From Felis catus (taxonomy: Eukaryota), in the NCBI RefSeq assembly GCF_018350175.1, contig NC_058368.1, forward strand, positions 117,058,001-117,122,000: DNA of 64,000 nt. Reading direction: 5' to 3'. Every line of letters begins with the position of its first letter. The first letter of the stretch is position 1. The notes beneath the pieces are model-generated. The model was not told where the DNA came from. It made no database searches and saw only the letters and a list, made by a program, of their open reading frames with translations. Below are positions 58,734-64,000 of this stretch, piece by piece. Both the position numbers and the translations under genes were made by a program.

Positions 58734-59530
58734 GCATTTTAGTTTCTAAATGCTTTTGCCTTCGTGGGAAACTGTGTTGCAATACATAGAATAAACAGAA
58801 TGTCATGTGATACAATTGTCTGGCATGGGGAAAGGAGAGAGGAAATAATATTGAGCAAGATTCTGAGGGGAGATTATGTAAAATATTGAAGGTTATTTGA
58901 GGAGAGATTATTTGTCTGAGATTATTTAAAATACTGAAGCTTTAAAAGAAAATTTGGAAATACCAATTGGCCTGAAACTGTCAAGCATTTTTGGAGGTTG
59001 GCATTAGGAATACATTCCAGAATCAGAGTGATACATATTTTAAATGCCTAGGAGAGCAGTAGATAATTAACACCCTAATATCACACAGAAAAAAATATTT
59101 TTGTTTGGGCACTGGGTTTCTTTTAGAAAATATTTCTGATTAAGTAAATTATTGTACAACCATATGATGGATTACTACATAACTGTAAGAAATAAATTGG
59201 AAAGCTATGTACTTATATGAAATGATTTCAAGATACAATGAATGAAAAAAGCAAGATGCAGAACATGGTATATTGTATACTTACATTTATGTATTAACGT
59301 GGGGGAGAACATTTATAAAAATTTGCTGCACTACACAAAACATCTCTGGAATGATACACACAAAAACGTAATACTTATTTCTCTCGGGATAAACGTGTTA
59401 TTGAAACAAGACAGGGAGAGAATATGCGTTATGTACCTCTTCAATTTTGGAGCTACATGAATATATATCTATTTAAAAACAACTGTAGATTCAAAAAAGA
59501 AAGGTTCGCAAAACGTTTATAAGCATTTGG

Positions 59531-59570
59531 TGCATTTCCACGGGAAAACCTCTGGGTGTCGCTGTAGGTC
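59531..59570 (+). promoter_or_regulatory. CSE of the PCDHGB2 promoter
   Basis: tgcatttcca...aacctctgggtgtcgctgtagg. Confidence 0.85.
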
Positions 59571-59769
59571 AAAAAAGTGAGAGAAAAAGCATTTGGGAGT
59601 CTCTTAGAGGGTAACTTCCTGCTCAAACCAGCCACATAGAGGACACCAGTACTGATTCGGATACGGAAAACAAAAGCAGGAAAAGCGACCCTACCCGGGA
59701 TTTTGCCATCCACAGAGGGCTTAATTCTCCTCCCATCCAAAAAGCAGAGCCACCGTGAAGGGAGACAGG

Positions 59770-62196
59770 ATGAGGCCGAGGCCGAGCGCAGAAAGGAGCA
59801 GCCCAGCGCGGTGGCGGCAGGTATTGTTGCCCTTCCTGCTGTCTTTATTCCGCGGGGCTCTTCCAGATCAAATCCGCTATTCAATTCCCGAAGAGCTGGC
59901 CAAAAACTCGGTGGTAGGAAACCTCGCCAAGGATCTGGGGCTCAGTGTCCGGGATTTGCCAGCCCGGAAGCTGCGGGTTAGTGCGGAGAAAGAATATTTC
60001 ACTGTAAACCCTGAGAGTGGGGACTTACTTGTGAGTGACAGAATAGACCGAGAGCAGATATGCGGAAAGAAGCCTCTGTGTATTCTGGATTTCGATGCTG
60101 TCGCTGAAAACCCACTAAATATTTTCCATGTAGCAGTAATAGTACAGGATATAAATGACAATACCCCGCTATTCAAACAGAATAATATTGATTTAAAAAT
60201 TGGAGAATCCACTAAGCCAGGTAAAACATTTCCACTAGACCCGGCCCTGGATTCAGATGCTGGCCCAAATTCACTGCAAAGATACAATCTTAATGACAAT
60301 GAACACTTTGATCTCATAGAGAAACAGGCTCCAGATGGACGTAAATATCCTGAGTTGGTTCTGAAACATTCACTAGACAGAGAAGAACAGAATCTCCATC
60401 AATTGGTTCTAACAGCTGTGGATGGTGGAGACCCACCCCAAAGCGGCACCGCTCAGATCCAAATCCAAGTGACCGATGCCAACGATAATGCCCCAGTTTT
60501 CATCCAGGACGTGTACAAGGTCAGCCTGCAGGAAGGTGTACCTCTGGGCTTCTCCGTGCTTCAAGTAACGGCCACTGATCAGGATGAGGGCGTCAACGCA
60601 GAAATCACCTACTCCTTTCATCATGTGGATGAACTAGTGGAAAAGTTTTTTAACTTAGATAAAAGAACAGGTGAAATCACAACAAAGGATAATTTTGATT
60701 TTGAAATTGCTAATAGTTACACTCTCAGTGTAGAAGCAAAAGATCATGGAGATCTAGCAGCCTATTGCAGTATCCAAGTTGAAATTCTCGATGAGAATGA
60801 TTGTGCACCTGAAATGGTTATTACTTCGGTATTTACTCCGCTACCAGAAGATTCACCACCAGGAACTGTGATCGCCTTGATAAAAACAAGAGATAGAGAC
60901 TCTGGAGAAAATGGAGAAGTTTACTGCCGCATCTTGGGAAAGGCCGAGTTTATATTGAAATCTTACTCCAAGAACTATTACAAGCTAGTGACAGACGGGC
61001 CGCTGGACCGGGAGGAGAATCCAGAATATAACATCACTATAATGGCCACCGACAGAGGTAAGCCGCCCCTCTCCTCTAGTATAAACATCACTCTGCACAT
61101 CGCAGATGTCAACGACAACGCGCCAGTTTTCGAACAGGTTTTCTATTTGGTTCATATTGCCGAGAACAACCCTCCAGGAGCCTCCATCGCCCAAGTCAGC
61201 GCCTCCGACCCCGACCTGGGACCCAACGGGCGCGTGTCTTACTCCATCGTGGCCAGCGACCTGGAGCCACGGGCGCTGGCGTCCTACGTGTCCGTGAGCG
61301 CGCAGAGCGGCGTGGTGTTCGCGCAGCGCGCCTTCGACCACGAGCAGCTGCGCGCCTTCGAGCTGACGGTGCAGGCCCGCGACCAGGGCTCGCCCGCGCT
61401 CAGCGCCAACGTGAGCCTGCGCGTGTTGGTGGGCGACCGCAACGACAACGCGCCTAGGGTGCTGTACCCGGCGCTGGGGCCCGACGGCTCGGCGCTCTTC
61501 GACACGGTGCCGCGCGCCGCGCAGCCCGGCTACCTGGTCACCAAGGTGGTGGCGGTGGACGCCGACTCGGGACACAATGCGTGGCTGTCGTACCACGTGC
61601 TGCAGGCCAGCGAGCCCGGACTCTTCAGCCTGGGGCTGCGCACGGGCGAGGTGCGCACTGCGCGTGCTTTGGGCGACAGGGACGCGGCCCGCCAGCGCCT
61701 GCTGGTCGCCGTGCGGGACGGGGGACAGCCGCCCCTCTCTGCCACCGCCACGCTGCACCTGGTTTTCGCCGACAGCCTCCAAGAAGTACTGCCGGATGTC
61801 AGCGACCGCCCTGAGCCCTCTGACCCCCAGGCCGAGCTGCAGTTTTACCTGGTGGTGGCTTTGGCCTTGATCTCGGTGCTCTTCCTCCTTGCGGTGATTC
61901 TGGCGGTGGCCCTGCGCCTGCGCCGCTCCCCCAGCCCTGCTGCCTGGGGCTGCTTTCAGTCAGGCCTCCGTTCCAAATCTGGACCTGGGGTTCTCCCCGA
62001 TTACAGAGAAGGGACTTTGCCTTATTCCTACAATCTGTGCGTTGCTTCACAGTTAGCTAAGACAGAGTTTAATTTTCTTAATGTCACCCCGGAAGTGACT
62101 CCCTCTCAGGATCTCCTCTGTGAAGATGCCGCTTGGTTACCAAATACAAATCATGAAGGCGCTGGGGTCCCATTTGCATCAGATACTATTCTAAAG
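59770..62196 (+). CDS. PCDHGB2: Protocadherin gamma-B2 variable first exon
   Basis: First in-frame ATG at 59770 (MRPRPSAERSSPARWRQVLLPFLLSLF), gamma-B signatures, six cadherin repeats, TM; 2427 nt to phase-0 donor aag|gtgagt. Confidence 0.9.
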
Positions 62197-62780
62197 GTGA
62201 GTTTTAATTTACTTCGCTAGTTTTCACTTTGGGTTTCAATGTTTGTTAACAAATCACCTTACTGGCGTAGAAATCACTATTTCATATTTTGTCTTGTGGG
62301 TTCAATTTAGGCAGTTTTCTGCCGTAGTTATCTTAATCTTATCTAAACAGAATTTTAACATAGGTTTTCTTTCTGATGTGTGAGATTTATTTGTCCATAA
62401 TTACAAGCCTTTACTACACGAAATAGTTTCTGCTTCATCTTTATATTACTTTCCTCTGAAATTTCATTACTACTGGGATCTTAAGCTACTCCTTTTACCC
62501 TACAGATCTTTATTACTCAGATTTTAGTTTTACTTCCTCTTAGAATTATAGCACTTCAGAGTAAAGAGAGCTTTCCATGTTCCTCGTTTGGGAAAACTGG
62601 GAACCAAAAAGAAAATTTTACCGTGTCATGGCTTGTCAACAGCAGGGCATGAGTAGGACTGAATTGTAGACCTCCCTTCTAAGTATCTTTTCAAGCTTAA
62701 TGTCTTGAGATCTCAGATCTGTTTTTAAAGGATAAGCAACATTTGAGGCCTGTAGTATCTGTTATTAAGAGTGTGTTTAT

Positions 62781-62957
62781 GGGGGTGCCTAGGTGGCTCA
62801 GTGGTTAAGTGTCTGACTCTTGATTTTGGCTCAGGTCATGATCTCATGATTCATGAGATTGAGCCCTGTCAGTGTGGAGCCTTCTTGGGATTCTGTCTTT
62901 CTCTGCATTTCCCTGCTCATGCTCTACCTCTCTCATAAATAAATAAACTTTTAAAAA
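62781..62957 (+). mobile_element. Can-SINE
   Basis: gggggtgcctaggtggctcag head and A tail. Confidence 0.85.
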
Positions 62958-63968
62958 GAATGTATTTAATAAGTGGGAGAAATCGTTCTCTCTCATGCAT
63001 ATAACAAATTGCTTTTGTGAAAAATTGTAAAATGAGAAAAATTTTGCAAATTATACTCACATTGTTTACCTAAAACTTTCTTTTTTGAATTTTCTTATTA
63101 TAGATATAAAATCTCTTCGTGTTGTTTCTTTTCCTATGGAGGTGTCATTAGGGAAAAAATTGCTTTTCTCAGTGGACTCTCTGAAATGTCCCTTTGTTTT
63201 CAGTCGTGAGGCTTTTTTTCCTGCTACCATGTAAAGGTGATAGCATTTAATATCCGTCTCAACATAGAAAGGGCACTTGCCTGCTCACTAAGGATCTGGA
63301 CATGTTTTTCTGCCTAGGTGACGAACGAAAGCCCTTTACTTCAGTCACTACACTGACTTCCCCAAGAGTCTGTCACTGTAAAATGCCTTAACTCCAATTT
63401 AGACATGATAATAGGGAAATATAAATAATGTGTAGTTAACCCAACTCAGACTCTTAGTCTGATATAGTGGAGCTGCCAAACTCTTAGTGTGAAAGTCTGG
63501 GAACTTTCTTAAAGACCTCAAGTAGCAAAATGGACCCTTTATTTTCTCTGTTTACAACATCTAATACAATTTGCTTGAATCAGTAGGCCTTTATGCAATG
63601 GTGCGATGAGAGCTAGGTTTGTTTCCTGGACATTCTTATCCATAGTAGGTACGTTTTCATAAATATATCCTAATAAAAAGATGAAATTTTAAAGCCTACA
63701 AAATTAAGAATTCTAATGTCCTAATTTAATGGACTCAGTATAGGTAAGAGGTAAATAAAGGACATAGACTCAATGGCACATTAAATAAAACTTTTCTAAA
63801 GAAATAAAAATGTAATAATTATATTGATCTCAAGGTTTGTGGAAGTCCTTTGATATTTCAGAATTAAATCTTAGATATGAGTAATGTCACTTGTCAATAG
63901 GTTAAGAATACAGCAAAATTATTAGAAATAAAATATAATGAAACATTTATGAAATAAAAACAGAATTG

Positions 63969-64000
63969 GTGTAGTAACTGGTTAGGACTCTGAGCGTCGC
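63969..64000 (+). promoter_or_regulatory. CSE of the next variable exon (probably PCDHGA5), cut by the window edge
   Basis: gtgtagtaactggttaggactctgagcgtcgc, nearly identical to the A1 and A4 elements. Confidence 0.8.

Noticed and set aside
51311..61782. Long antisense ORFs (237 and 265 aa) and similar repeated ORFs within the PCDHG exons
   Set aside because: Expected from high GC3 and few antisense stop codons; they repeat only because the sense exons are homogenised.
1..64000. CRISPR array, rRNA or other prokaryotic system
   Set aside because: The sequence is mammalian; there is no regularly spaced direct-repeat array or rRNA-like segment.

Overview
Mammalian genomic DNA, almost certainly a feliform carnivore such as cat (dense SINEC_Fc-type Can-SINEs and carnivore L1 3' ends). 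The window is the junction leading into the clustered protocadherin-gamma locus. It holds two minus-strand genes with uninterrupted coding sequence (SLC25A2, TAF7), then six intact plus-strand variable first exons. By sequence and order these are PCDHGA1, A2, A3, B1, A4 and B2, each with a CSE/CTCF promoter element and a phase-0 splice donor; the promoter of the next exon (probably PCDHGA5) is at the right edge. The constant exons lie outside the window. The least obvious content is three heavily decayed protocadherin variable-exon relics, at about 3.1-4.5 kb, 11.0-11.6 kb (probably to about 14 kb) and 28.0-30.0 kb, which interleave with SLC25A2 and TAF7. Two relics keep a CSE-like element; one of these sits head-to-head with SLC25A2, and a further CSE-like site lies in the TAF7 5' region. 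Also present: an L1 with a 3' transduction, gene-conversion tracts between paralogous exons, and an ERVL gag-pro remnant. Paralog numbering, repeat family names and repeat boundaries come from recognition by eye, not from database searches.
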